A stretch of 64,000 nt of DNA from Flavipsychrobacter sp. (GCA_035497455.1 DATJDL010000014.1:42700-106699), one strand, 5' to 3'; numbered from the stretch's first letter, positions 9,172 to 19,294 are shown. Numbers and translations: made by a program. The notes: generated by a model not told the origin, from the letters alone.

Positions 9172-9882
9172 CTATTTTTCTATTGCTATATCCAGGCGAT
9201 GGCGTACGGTTTCGTAATTCTTTCCTTTGAAACTACCGGGTGTATAGTCAATCCAGTCTACGCTTAGTATATACAGTCCGGGGTTGTCTAATTTGATGTT
9301 TATCTTACCGTTAACATCGGTGGTGAATTCTGTTTCCCCTTTATCAAACTCTGCCAGCACCAGTTTTTGAGCCGGTAATGCTGTTCCCTGTTTTAACAGG
9401 GTCACTTCATAATTGGTTTTGTCCATCCTCACCACCCTCATATCCAGGAACAGGGAGGCTTGCTGTTCACCCGCCTGTCCTACTGCATATGTTGTTTTCA
9501 GGTATTGCACCGGCCGGGTAATACCAAGATGGTGCTTTGTCCAATCCTGTACTTCCCTTTCATCATTGATGCCTATGATCTCGTATCTTCCTTTAGCCTG
9601 TGGTGTAAAACTGCCTTGCCAAAAATCATTCATTTGTGTCATCGTCACGGATTGTTTCTCGCCGGAGGGTGTCAGCACATATACTTTTATGTCTTTCATT
9701 TTATCCAATGTCTTACCCGATAATCTTTCGCCAACAGGATAATCTCCATAGTACATTTTGATGGTACAAGGCTTTTTAGCTTTCCCGGAACCTTGCAGCT
9801 CCAACCAATAACCATGTGCTGAAAGCTGTAAAGACGATAGGCAAAGCAACACTGCAACCAACAGGATTTTTATCCCTTTCAT
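9172..9882 (-). CDS. DUF4198-like periplasmic protein
   Basis: Start moved to ATG 9882 (MKGIKILLVAVLLCLSSLQLSAHGYWLE, signal peptide then the HGYW motif typical of DUF4198). A TATATTTG box at 9908-9915 lies inside the longer ORF-track version. Confidence 0.65.
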   Translation of the reverse strand: MKGIKILLVAVLLCLSSLQLSAHGYWLELQGSGKAKKPCTIKMYYGDYPVGERLSGKTLDKMKDIKVYVLTPSGEKQSVTMTQMNDFWQGSFTPQAKGRYEIIGINDEREVQDWTKHHLGITRPVQYLKTTYAVGQAGEQQASLFLDMRVVRMDKTNYEVTLLKQGTALPAQKLVLAEFDKGETEFTTDVNGKINIKLDNPGLYILSVDWIDYTPGSFKGKNYETVRHRLDIAIEK

Positions 9883-9907
9883 AAAATGGATTTTTTTTAG
9901 AAGAATG

Positions 9908-9915
9908 CAAATATA
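9908..9915 (-). promoter_or_regulatory. -7 promoter box for the DUF4198-like gene
   Basis: TATATTTG on the minus strand, 25 nt upstream of ATG 9882. Confidence 0.5.
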
Positions 9916-10018
9916 TCGTTGCGTTACTTCTACCATCTTCCAAAAACGGAAAAACATTTCTATGACCAGCGTTTTTTTATATGAATCAGCCGGAGTCTTA
10001 AACCGTTTCCGAATCCCG

Positions 10019-10026
10019 TAATTTTG
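10019..10026 (+). promoter_or_regulatory. -7 promoter box for the radical SAM gene
   Basis: TAATTTTG, 16 nt upstream of TTG 10043. Confidence 0.5.
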
Positions 10027-10042
10027 CCGAAACGATCCTTAC

Positions 10043-12235
10043 TTGAGTGCTACTGTTTTTTTGCTGACGCCCCCTTTTACCCAATTAAATACCCCCTATC
10101 CGGCTACCGCCTATTTAAAAGGGTTCCTGAATACTAAGAGCATCCCCTCCTTTCAGGCTGATCTGGGTATTGAGGTAACACTGGCATTGTTCTCCGCGTC
10201 GGGGATGCAGGCTCTTTTTGGCAGGGTGCAGCCCAAAGAAGACTGGTCAGCGAATGCACAACGTATCTATATGTTGCGCGATGATTATATAGCGACTATA
10301 GATGAAGCGATCCGTTTTTTACAAGGTAAAGAACCCACGCTGGCACACCAGATCGTAAAAAGAAGCTGGTTGCCCGAAGCATCACGGTTTGCACAGTTGG
10401 ATGATTTGAACTGGGCATTCGGCAACATGGGTATTCAGGATAAGGCAAAACACCTGGCTACCATGTATCTGGAAGACCTGAGCGATTTTATTGTGGAATG
10501 TATGGATCCTCATTTTGGATTCAGCCGCTATGCAGAAAGGCTGGGCCGTTCGGCGAATAGCTTTAATGAATTATACGATGCATTGCAACAGGATCCCGGT
10601 TTTATTGATGGGTTATTGTTAGACATTCTGGAAAGACATCTTCAATCGGTACAGCCCAAACTGGTGGCTGTTTCCGTCCCCTTCCCCGGTAATCTCTATG
10701 CATCCTTCCGTTGTGCCCAATATATACGCCGGCATTACCCGGATGTAAAACTGGTAATGGGTGGTGGTTTTGCCAACACGGAGTTGCGTTCGCTGACGGA
10801 TGAACGTGTTTTTGAGTTCTTTCATTTCATCACACTGGATGACGGCGAAGCACCGATGGAACAGCTGATCCGGCATGTGGAAAACGAGCTGCCTCTTACT
10901 GAATTGAAACGCAGCTTTACCATGATACATGAGAACGTGGTGTATGTCAACAATGCGTCCTGCAGTGATTACAAGCAAGGACAGGTAGGTACACCCGACT
11001 ATAGCGATCTGCTGCTCGATCAGTACATTTCCGCTATTGAAGTGACGAACCCTATGCACAGCCTTTGGAGCGACGGCAGATGGAATAAGCTCACCATGGC
11101 GCACGGCTGCTACTGGGGTAAATGTACATTTTGCGATATTTCCCTGGACTATATACAACGTTATGAACCGCTTACGGCACAAATCCTTTGCGACCGGATG
11201 GAAGAGATCATGGCGCAAACAGGGCAAAATGGCTTTCACTTTGTGGATGAGGCGGCACCACCGGCTCTGATGCGTGCTTTGGCATTGGAAATCATCAAAC
11301 GTAAACTGGTAGTAAGCTGGTGGACCAATATCCGTTTCGAAAAAAGTTTTACACGCGATCTGTGTTTATTGTTGAAGGCTTCCGGCTGCATAGCAGTTTC
11401 AGGAGGACTGGAAGTAGCATCTGACCGTTTGTTGCAACTCATACAAAAAGGAATCACCGTAGCCCAGGTTGCTAAGGTGAACAAACATTTTACCGAAGCG
11501 GGAATCATGGTACATGCCTATCTTATGTATGGCTTTCCCACACAAACCGCCCAGGAAACCATCGACTCTTTGGAGATGGTACGGCAAATGTTCCAGGCCG
11601 GGATCCTGCAATCGGCATTCTGGCATCAGTTTGCCATGACGGCGCATAGCCCTGTAGGCCTAGAGCCACATAAATTTAACGTACGGAAGGAAACTGAAGA
11701 TATCGGCAGCTTTGCCAACAACGATATTGTGCATATAGATCCGACCGGGGCTGACCACGAAACCTTCAGTTACGGATTGAAAAAATCGCTGCTCAACTAT
11801 ATGCACGGTGCCTGCCTGGATCATCCGCTGCACAAATGGTTTGAGCATAAAGTACCTAAGACCACTATAGCAGCTGATTATATTGTAAAAACGCTGGAAG
11901 AAGAAGACCCGGCTGCCAAACTCCATGCGAAACTGGTGTTTCTGGGTAAACCGCCGTTACTGGAAATCATCACCAAATCAAAGAAAGGCAATAGTTGGGA
12001 AATGGCTTCCCTCACGTTTCATACAAGAACTACGACCATCAACATCAAAACCGACGTGGAGAATGGCAAATGGCTGGCAGATATGCTCCGTGAAATTGCT
12101 GCCCGTAGTGATAATCCTCTTACCCTTCAGGAGATAAAAGAAAATTATGAATCGGCAGGACTGGAAGATTTCGAACTGTTTTGGGATAATAAGCCTGTGA
12201 ATACGCTTTACAAAGTGGGTTTGCTACAATTGTAG
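10043..12235 (+). CDS. B12-binding-domain radical SAM protein, function unknown
   Basis: 730 aa; N-terminal Rossmann-like VFLLTPPF...KLVAVSVPF...VKLVMGGGFAN; Fe-S motif AHGCYWGKCTFCD at 11099-11137. TTG start is the only initiator after the in-frame TAA at 10019-10021. Confidence 0.85.
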   Translation: MSATVFLLTPPFTQLNTPYPATAYLKGFLNTKSIPSFQADLGIEVTLALFSASGMQALFGRVQPKEDWSANAQRIYMLRDDYIATIDEAIRFLQGKEPTLAHQIVKRSWLPEASRFAQLDDLNWAFGNMGIQDKAKHLATMYLEDLSDFIVECMDPHFGFSRYAERLGRSANSFNELYDALQQDPGFIDGLLLDILERHLQSVQPKLVAVSVPFPGNLYASFRCAQYIRRHYPDVKLVMGGGFANTELRSLTDERVFEFFHFITLDDGEAPMEQLIRHVENELPLTELKRSFTMIHENVVYVNNASCSDYKQGQVGTPDYSDLLLDQYISAIEVTNPMHSLWSDGRWNKLTMAHGCYWGKCTFCDISLDYIQRYEPLTAQILCDRMEEIMAQTGQNGFHFVDEAAPPALMRALALEIIKRKLVVSWWTNIRFEKSFTRDLCLLLKASGCIAVSGGLEVASDRLLQLIQKGITVAQVAKVNKHFTEAGIMVHAYLMYGFPTQTAQETIDSLEMVRQMFQAGILQSAFWHQFAMTAHSPVGLEPHKFNVRKETEDIGSFANNDIVHIDPTGADHETFSYGLKKSLLNYMHGACLDHPLHKWFEHKVPKTTIAADYIVKTLEEEDPAAKLHAKLVFLGKPPLLEIITKSKKGNSWEMASLTFHTRTTTINIKTDVENGKWLADMLREIAARSDNPLTLQEIKENYESAGLEDFELFWDNKPVNTLYKVGLLQL

Positions 12236-12409
12236 TAATAATTGCGCGGACGGAGAGAATACCGTAGCGCTTTTTACAGCGTTGGCCCTTCATCGAAGTG
12301 GCTGCTGTTGAGCTTCGCCCCCGTGGCGCTCCATCGCTTTCCGGATTTCTCAATTTTACCATCTCATTTACCAGCCATCCCGTATTTTGCAACCTCTAAA
12401 ATTCACTAC

Positions 12410-14140
12410 ATGATCACCGCATCAGCCGATATAAAAAAAGCACCCCGTCATTTTTTACCCGAGACGTTTCAGCTTACTACCTGGGAAAAGGTACAATCTT
12501 ATTTCGAAGACCTGAAGAACCGCAGCATTCAGTCAAAAGCAGCATTGCTGCAGTGGTTAAAAGATATAAGTGAACTCGAAGCCGTGATCAGCGAAGATGC
12601 CTGCTGGAGACAGATCAATATGACGCGTGATACCGCCAACAAAGATTATGAAGAAGCTTTCACTTATTTCTGTCTGGAGATAGAGCCTAAAATGAAACCC
12701 TATTTCTTTGAATTAAATAAGAAACTGTTGGATTCCCCTTTTAAACAGGAACTTGATCCCGCTGAATTCTTCCCTTATTTGCGCAGCGTTGAAAACTCCG
12801 TGCAACTCTACCGGGAAGCGAATGTGCCGCTCCAGGCTGAGATGAGTGTGCTCGCACAGCAATACGGAGCCATTTCCGGAAAGATGACCGTTACCATTGA
12901 CGACAAGGAATATACTCTCCAGCAAGCTGCACGCTTTCTTCAAAACCCCGATCGTGCCTTGCGTGAACAAGCCTTCAAAAAAATAGCGGAGCGCAGACTA
13001 CAGGATAAAGATGAATTGAACGTCCTCTTCGATAAGCTTATAGCCTTACGTCAGCAAATAGCCACGAATGCAGGCTTTGATAATTACCGGGATTATAAGT
13101 TCAGGGAACTTGGAAGGTTTGATTATACGGCAGAAGATTGTTTCGCTTTTCATGAGGCAGTGAAAAAACATATCCTGCCTTTACAAAAAATGCTGGTAAC
13201 ACATCGCCAAAACCGCCTGGGGCTGGAGGTGATGAAACCCTGGGATACCGATGCAGAGCCGGTAGGAACCGAACCTTTGCAACCGTTTGAAAAAGGAACT
13301 GAATTATCGGATAAGACTATAGCTGTTTTTAATAAGCTGCGCCCGTTCTTCAGCGATTGTATCCGCACCATGTCTTTCATGCAGCGTCTCGACCTCGAAA
13401 GCCGTATCGGTAAGGCTCCCGGTGGTTATAATTGTCCGCTGGCAGAGACCGGCGTGCCCTTTATTTTTATGAATGCAGCGGGTACCATTGGCGATGTTAT
13501 CACCATGATGCATGAAGGGGGACACGCGGTGCATTCCTTCCTGTCTCACCCGCTCCTGCTGAGTTCTTTTAAGGAATACCCGATGGAAATAGCCGAGCTG
13601 GCAAGCATGAGCATGGAGCTCTTCAGCATGGAACACTGGGATGTATTTTTCGACGACGATAAGGAATTGAAGCGCGCACAACTGGAAGAAATGGAGCGTG
13701 TGATCTCGGTGCTTCCGTGGATCGCTACGATCGATAAATTCCAGCATTGGATCTATACACATGTGGGTCACGCGGATGAACAACGCCGGGAAGCATGGAT
13801 GAGCATACTCTCCGAATTTTCTACAGGGTTGACCGATTGGACCGGCTTTGAAGAATACCGCTCTTTCTTTTGGCAGAAGCAATTACATCTTTATGAAGTA
13901 CCGTTTTATTATATCGAATATGGTATTGCCCAACTCGGGGCACTTGCCATGTGGCGGCAATACCGCGGCAACCCGGAGCTGGCTCTCGACAATTACATGA
14001 AAGCACTGAGCCTGGGTTACACCAAAACATTGAAGGAATTGTATGATACCGCAGGTATTCGTTTTGATCTTTCTCCGGAGTATATCAACGAAATAGGCAG
14101 TTTTGTAAAAGATCGGCTGGGAGAAATGGGAGTGAATTAA
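12410..14140 (+). CDS. pepF: M3 family oligoendopeptidase (PepF-like)
   Basis: HEGGHAVH zinc motif; length and pattern of M3B peptidases. Start set at the first ATG (12410, MITASADIKK) because the 56-codon upstream extension in the ORF track has no ATG. Confidence 0.85.
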   Translation: MITASADIKKAPRHFLPETFQLTTWEKVQSYFEDLKNRSIQSKAALLQWLKDISELEAVISEDACWRQINMTRDTANKDYEEAFTYFCLEIEPKMKPYFFELNKKLLDSPFKQELDPAEFFPYLRSVENSVQLYREANVPLQAEMSVLAQQYGAISGKMTVTIDDKEYTLQQAARFLQNPDRALREQAFKKIAERRLQDKDELNVLFDKLIALRQQIATNAGFDNYRDYKFRELGRFDYTAEDCFAFHEAVKKHILPLQKMLVTHRQNRLGLEVMKPWDTDAEPVGTEPLQPFEKGTELSDKTIAVFNKLRPFFSDCIRTMSFMQRLDLESRIGKAPGGYNCPLAETGVPFIFMNAAGTIGDVITMMHEGGHAVHSFLSHPLLLSSFKEYPMEIAELASMSMELFSMEHWDVFFDDDKELKRAQLEEMERVISVLPWIATIDKFQHWIYTHVGHADEQRREAWMSILSEFSTGLTDWTGFEEYRSFFWQKQLHLYEVPFYYIEYGIAQLGALAMWRQYRGNPELALDNYMKALSLGYTKTLKELYDTAGIRFDLSPEYINEIGSFVKDRLGEMGVN

Positions 14141-14277
14141 TTACCCCGTGTGAAAGCTTCGCACCGTCTTCTGATGTTTGATGAGCGGTGTTCGTCCCTG
14201 AAGATTTCTTCATATTCCTGAAGCAGCACATATTCAAAATCTGCTACCCCTCGCTAAAAAACCACTATTTATAGCGC

Positions 14278-14310
14278 AAAAAAGGTCGGCAACGCATGTT
14301 GCCGACCTTT
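14278..14310. terminator. Bidirectional terminator between convergent pepF and the M43 protease gene
   Basis: 13-bp perfect stem aaaggtcggcaac (14281-14293) / gttgccgaccttt (14298-14310), loop gcat. There is a T-run on the minus strand and a T-rich tail on the plus strand. Confidence 0.8.
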
Positions 14311-14330
14311 GCCTTATTATTAAAAGGTTC

Positions 14331-15773
14331 CTAGTGTTGTACAAAGAATTTTGATACTGTATTTAAGCCTTTCCCGGTAAGACGAACATGATACATACCG
14401 TTGATAAGGTTGCTGACATCTATATGTGACACAGCAGCACTTCCTCCTTTGTATTTTATCGTTTCGTTGCGCACTACCTGTCCACCCACATTCAGTATTT
14501 GCAGTTGATACTCCCCGGCATTAAGGTTTTGATGGGAAAGTGTGAGCGTGTTATTTGCCGGGTTAGGATAAGCTGCCAGCAAATTATTGCTATACACATC
14601 GTGGATACCTGTAGGATCATTGGTGCGGTATACAAACGGATGTTTTCTTGTTTTTTCACCACAAAGGTTACGGGCATTCAAAGGAATAACATTTACAATA
14701 TACTCAGCATCCACGAGAGGGAAGTTAAGGTTGATAAATGTATCTGTAGTAAGCGAACGTTGCCTGATGATCGATGTAATGTTTTTCAGCGTTACTACTA
14801 TCTGGTAGTATTGTGCTCCGTTTACCTTGTTCCATCTAACGGTCGTGTTGCTGCCGTACATTGTATCGCTTGGTGTAATCAGGTTAGGGGTATCCATAGC
14901 CGAGTAACTCGGGTAAGAGAAAGAAAGCAAATTAGGTCTTTGATTGTAGAGATTACTTTGCATAGTTCCCATTTGCTGATTGGAGAACCTGGACATACAC
15001 GCGTCCGTGGTGTAAGACATATACAATGAGCTGTCCGGACGTAACGCTACGCCTACCGGATCGTAAAGTGTGACACCTGAATAAGGACATTGCCATCTGT
15101 AGCTCAGGTAATCCGCATCGGTATCGCAAAAGCCATCGCCTGCCACGTTGCAGTTAGCACCTGTAGTCCTTGTTACGCGCTCTTTGATGGAAGGGGTGTT
15201 CCCGTTTTCCCAACCGTAGAAGGTATGCGGCAGATCAAAAAAGTGACCTAGCTCGTGTGTCAGGGTCGTACTGTTGATAGCAGCACAGTTTTTGCCGATA
15301 GCCACGCCATCTACACTGGGAGAAAAATACCCGCAATTGCCTGCCGGATCTTCCACGAAATAGACGTTAACGGTATTAGCAATGTTATAGTTGGCCATCA
15401 TTTGATAACCACCGCCGAATGTATGGATATAGTAATTGTCGTTATTGATATAGTGAATAGGCCATACTACATAAAAATGGAAACCGGTAGGAGCAAAGTC
15501 GTTATTCAGTTTACATAACAATGGGAATAATTTTTCCAACTCATAGTAGCCCGTACCCGCAGTAGTACCTACAATGTGGATACTTAACGGAATGCTATCC
15601 ACACCGGCTGTAGTTTTAGCTCTTACGGCATCTTCATTCGCTACATAGCGATGTACCCTATCCATTTGTGCTTCGGTAGTCACGGTACCGCAGCCCTGCT
15701 CCGCCAAAGATTGTGCATAGGAAGATCCTATGAGTACAAACTGGCAAGCCAACAACGTCAATAATTTTTTCAT
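14331..15773 (-). CDS. M43-type zinc metalloprotease with T9SS C-terminal sorting domain
   Basis: HELGHFFDLPHTF metzincin motif; signal peptide MKKLLTLLACQFVLIGSSYAQ (ATG 15773; the 15782 start is TTG); C-terminal YPNPANNTLTLSH...GMYHVRL...FFVQH. Confidence 0.8.
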   Translation of the reverse strand: MKKLLTLLACQFVLIGSSYAQSLAEQGCGTVTTEAQMDRVHRYVANEDAVRAKTTAGVDSIPLSIHIVGTTAGTGYYELEKLFPLLCKLNNDFAPTGFHFYVVWPIHYINNDNYYIHTFGGGYQMMANYNIANTVNVYFVEDPAGNCGYFSPSVDGVAIGKNCAAINSTTLTHELGHFFDLPHTFYGWENGNTPSIKERVTRTTGANCNVAGDGFCDTDADYLSYRWQCPYSGVTLYDPVGVALRPDSSLYMSYTTDACMSRFSNQQMGTMQSNLYNQRPNLLSFSYPSYSAMDTPNLITPSDTMYGSNTTVRWNKVNGAQYYQIVVTLKNITSIIRQRSLTTDTFINLNFPLVDAEYIVNVIPLNARNLCGEKTRKHPFVYRTNDPTGIHDVYSNNLLAAYPNPANNTLTLSHQNLNAGEYQLQILNVGGQVVRNETIKYKGGSAAVSHIDVSNLINGMYHVRLTGKGLNTVSKFFVQH

Positions 15774-15820
15774 GGGGCACAATTTAAGCTATTTTGGGCA
15801 GATATATGTTTATTAAGAAT

Positions 15821-15852
15821 AGAAAGTCCTGATAGCTTTATATTATCAGGAC
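15821..15852 (-). terminator. Hairpin terminator after the 605-aa T9SS cargo gene
   Basis: 9-bp stem gtcctgata (15826-15834) / tatcaggac (15844-15852); short T-rich tail on the minus strand. Confidence 0.45.
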
Positions 15853-15873
15853 CTGAAAAAAGGTATTCTTTAG

Positions 15874-17691
15874 TTAACGGATAATCAATTTGGATGCGCC
15901 TGATGCTGTTCCGTCAGCTATCTTTATGATATACATTCCTTTTGATAAATTGAATCCTGAAATAACCTGTCGTGGCGTGTCACCCACTATAGTCAGGGTT
16001 TGACTGTATACGTTTCTACCGGCAAGATCATAGATGCCGAGATCGTAACGACCTGCCTTAAAGGCGCACCCTAAGGTCAATTCATAAGGGGTTGCATCGC
16101 CCAGCACGGCAAATTGCAACACAGATTTATCGGCTTGTATCAGCGATGCGGTTCCAGAGATCATGACATCATCCAGTTTCCACTGCGCACCGTTTGCGGT
16201 GGAAGAAGTATACCTGAATGCCACATGCATAGGCGTCGCCTTGAAAGGGGTAATATTTCCTCCGAAGATGTTGAAATTCGTATCTACGCCTGTAAAACTG
16301 ACGTTGAGATCAGTCCAGGAAAACGTTTGATCGGTGGGATTGTGTGAACCGTCGTAATCATTGGAAACCAATACATGAATATCGTCACCGGCAAATTTTT
16401 TGAAGGCACGGAAAGCAAAATAGGCATTCGTCATGCTGCTTAGGTCCAGTTGCGGTGTGATCAACCAATCCTGGTTGTCATTATTACCATTTTGATAGCC
16501 ATTCATAGACATGGCAGGCGTATTGTTATAACCGAAACTATGGCAAGTCCATTGTTGACCAGGTCCTACTACGCTGTACTTTGTCCAACCTAAGGGCAGA
16601 CCGGCAGGACAAGAAGCATCAAAGGTTTCGTTCAACGAGGTAAGCACTCCCTGAACAGTAGAAAAATTCCATCCTGACGTATCGTAAATCCCTGAGCATT
16701 TGTAACCGGCCGTATCAAATGCTGCAGAATCGAATGTTACATGGTAGGTTTTACCTTGTACAAATGTCAGGTTAGCAATGGTAGCTGTTTTCCCACTGGT
16801 CGTTACATTGGAAGAGGGCAGGGTAATGGTTTGGTGGGTTTGGTCTGTTTGGTTTTTTACGATGATACTTCCTGTTCCAACTGTAATATTTCTATCGAAT
16901 GTGACCTGTAAGCTATTTACCGAAGTAGCCACATTGCTGCTATTGTCGGCCGGTGAAAGTCCTACGATAACCGGCTTGAAACCGGGTGGTGGCGGGGTAC
17001 CAGTAGCAAACGTAATGTTCAGATCGTCGATTGCCAGTGCATCATCATTTCCGATAATGTTGGGATCTGTCCATTTGATATAGAGCGTTCCGCTTACGGG
17101 TATAGTAACAACAACGGATGTATTCACATTAGCACTGTTCATATTTCCATCCATAGCCCCTGCAGTACCGGATGTTACGACAGAGGTGAAAGATACTGCC
17201 GGAACTGTCATCCAGGTGGCGGCCGCATCATTAAGGCTCGTAGCGTTCGTGCTGTACATGAAAGTCAATGTATCTACGTTAGATGCTGCCTGCCCGAGTC
17301 TCCATTGTTCCCCTTTATAGCTAATATTGAAAGAAGTAATAACTGAACCAGTACTATTCGTGAAAATCGCACCGAAGCCCGGCAGCAGGCTTCCGGAGGC
17401 TAACCCGCCCAAAGCACGATCGCCGGAAGCGGTTGTTGCAAAAAAGGCATAGGTATCTCCGGAATTTGATGTACCCATGCCACCTCTGTAGCTGGTATTG
17501 GCATTGGTACCGGTTTCTGCCAGACCCCAACCCGCAGGGAGATTGGTATTGTAGGGAGTGACAGAGACCGTATCCAGCGTGTTAAAGTTCTGCGTATAAT
17601 TCAGGCTGGTTCCTGTGACCGGAATGGGTGTTTGCGCCATAGCCACTCCGGCTATTGTCCCGCTGGCAAATAATAAGGCTATTTTTTTCAT
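15874..17691 (-). CDS. Large secreted protein with T9SS C-terminal sorting domain (Ig-like plus choice-of-anchor-J-like regions)
   Basis: 605 aa; signal peptide MKKIALLFASGTIAGVAMAQ; NQDWLITPQLDL motif; C-terminal GIYDLAGRNVYS...KGMYIIKI...KLIIR. Confidence 0.75.
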   Translation of the reverse strand: MKKIALLFASGTIAGVAMAQTPIPVTGTSLNYTQNFNTLDTVSVTPYNTNLPAGWGLAETGTNANTSYRGGMGTSNSGDTYAFFATTASGDRALGGLASGSLLPGFGAIFTNSTGSVITSFNISYKGEQWRLGQAASNVDTLTFMYSTNATSLNDAAATWMTVPAVSFTSVVTSGTAGAMDGNMNSANVNTSVVVTIPVSGTLYIKWTDPNIIGNDDALAIDDLNITFATGTPPPPGFKPVIVGLSPADNSSNVATSVNSLQVTFDRNITVGTGSIIVKNQTDQTHQTITLPSSNVTTSGKTATIANLTFVQGKTYHVTFDSAAFDTAGYKCSGIYDTSGWNFSTVQGVLTSLNETFDASCPAGLPLGWTKYSVVGPGQQWTCHSFGYNNTPAMSMNGYQNGNNDNQDWLITPQLDLSSMTNAYFAFRAFKKFAGDDIHVLVSNDYDGSHNPTDQTFSWTDLNVSFTGVDTNFNIFGGNITPFKATPMHVAFRYTSSTANGAQWKLDDVMISGTASLIQADKSVLQFAVLGDATPYELTLGCAFKAGRYDLGIYDLAGRNVYSQTLTIVGDTPRQVISGFNLSKGMYIIKIADGTASGASKLIIR

Positions 17692-17810
17692 GAGAGATTG
17701 CTTTATGGATTTTCAGATACAAAAGTCCGAGTATTTTGTAAAGGCAAAAAATACACGGATTAAGTATTTATTAATCTTGACAGGCAATCAGCATTATGCA
17801 TATTTCTGAC

Positions 17811-17849
17811 ATAAAAAAAGAAAGGTGAATATCACTATCCACCTTTCTT
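17811..17849 (-). terminator. Rho-independent terminator after the phosphohexomutase gene
   Basis: 10-bp stem aagaaaggtg (17818-17827) / cacctttctt (17840-17849), followed on the minus strand by a T-run. Confidence 0.7.
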
Positions 17850-17874
17850 AAAAATATTTGACCAAAATAATTTC

Positions 17875-19269
17875 TTACAATATTTCCATCTTCACTTCTT
17901 CCAGGATATCCAGCGTTTCTTCCTTGCTGTTGCCTTCTGCATAGATCCTCAGCAACGGTTCTGTACCGGAAGCCCTTAACATCATCCACCCCCCATTGTC
18001 CAGGTGATATTTCACACCGTCAATAGTTTCGCGGCGGTTAAATGTATATTTTCCGAATTTTCCGTAGCCATCTTCCTGGGCTTTGTTGATGATGCTTTCC
18101 TTCTTCGAATTTTCCAGTGTCAGGTCATTTCTCTCGTACACAAAAGCGCCTACCACTTCATATACTTCCTGTATCAGTTCTTTCAGGGTCTTCCCGGTCT
18201 CCGTCATGAATTGGTACAACAACAGACCATCGTAGATGCCGTCGCGTTCAGGGATATGTCCTTTCACGGCAATGCCACCACTCTCTTCGCCACCTACCAA
18301 TACATCCTCGTGCACCATGATCTCGCTAATGTATTTAAAACCGATCGGCGTTACCTCTACGGTCAGTCCGTACGCTTCGCACATTTTTTTCACACGATCT
18401 GTCACCGAGAACGCAATCGCCACTTTACCGTTCATGTTTTTATACTTATACAGGTAGTGTACCAGCAGCAGCAAAATATGATGAGCATCTACAAAATTTC
18501 CCTCTTCATCATACAAACCGATCCGGTCTGCATCTCCATCTGTAGCCAGTCCTATTTTCAGTTCCGGGGTATCACGCATGGTTTTTGCCAGTTCCTGCAA
18601 ATTCTTATCCAGGGGTTCCGGTGCCTGTCCCATAAAACCGGGATTGTTCTCACAATGCAGCAATACGGCATCGGGCAGCAGCCTGCGCACTACATGCTGT
18701 CCTGCGCCATACATGGCATCATACGCCATCTTGAAAGGTGATTTATTCAGTGCTTCAAAATCAAATTTGGTTTGCAGGTACGATACATACATATCCTCCA
18801 GGTTCACGTATTCCAGCAATCCTTTTTCTTCCCAGTAAGCCAGGGATTGTTCGTTATATGAATATTCTTCAGGGATCAATGCTTCTACCGCTGCAATATC
18901 TTTAGGGCTGGAAGGCCCGCCATGGGCACCTTTCAGCTTGTACCCGTTATAAGACGGCGGGTTATGCGAAGCTGTGATGACCACGCCCTGGTGCGCCTTT
19001 AACGCCAGTACTCCATAAGAGATCATAGGCGTGCTGATAGCACCTTTTGCAAGCTTCACCTTTACGCCGTTCGCACAAAGTACTTTGGTTACGGTTTCCG
19101 TAAACATTTCGCCGCCGAAGCGAAAATCATGTCCTACTACTACGGTGGCACCTTCATCCAGCCATTTCGCCAGACCTGCGCTCACACGCGCTACGTTGTA
19201 AACTGTAAAATCTTTTGCGATGATGGCGCGCCATCCATCGGTACCGAATTTGATGGTATCAGGAGTCAT
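17875..19269 (-). CDS. Phosphoglucomutase/phosphomannomutase family (alpha-D-phosphohexomutase)
   Basis: Active-site TASHNPPSYNGYK, metal-binding ATDGDADR, sugar-binding GGEESGG. Confidence 0.92.
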   Translation of the reverse strand: MTPDTIKFGTDGWRAIIAKDFTVYNVARVSAGLAKWLDEGATVVVGHDFRFGGEMFTETVTKVLCANGVKVKLAKGAISTPMISYGVLALKAHQGVVITASHNPPSYNGYKLKGAHGGPSSPKDIAAVEALIPEEYSYNEQSLAYWEEKGLLEYVNLEDMYVSYLQTKFDFEALNKSPFKMAYDAMYGAGQHVVRRLLPDAVLLHCENNPGFMGQAPEPLDKNLQELAKTMRDTPELKIGLATDGDADRIGLYDEEGNFVDAHHILLLLVHYLYKYKNMNGKVAIAFSVTDRVKKMCEAYGLTVEVTPIGFKYISEIMVHEDVLVGGEESGGIAVKGHIPERDGIYDGLLLYQFMTETGKTLKELIQEVYEVVGAFVYERNDLTLENSKKESIINKAQEDGYGKFGKYTFNRRETIDGVKYHLDNGGWMMLRASGTEPLLRIYAEGNSKEETLDILEEVKMEIL

Positions 19270-19294
19270 TTTTAACAGCGATTTATATGGGCGG

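Noticed and set aside
10619-11239. Long antisense ORFs inside well-supported genes, for example 10619-11239, 13304-13882, 18004-18741, 34580-35290, 58069-58617 and 59333-59944.
   Set aside because: Each is fully embedded opposite a gene with strong family motifs. None has a promoter box or recognisable domains. They are typical shadow ORFs in moderate-GC coding DNA.
12242-12409. A 56-codon in-frame N-terminal extension of the M3 peptidase, and the 174-nt GC-rich spacer after the radical SAM gene. I considered a RiPP precursor or an ncRNA.
   Set aside because: The extension has no ATG (a TTG start only), and the ATG at 12410 gives a normal protein N-terminus. I found no convincing stem-loops or conserved riboswitch motifs. 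The spacer remains unexplained but there is no positive evidence for a feature.
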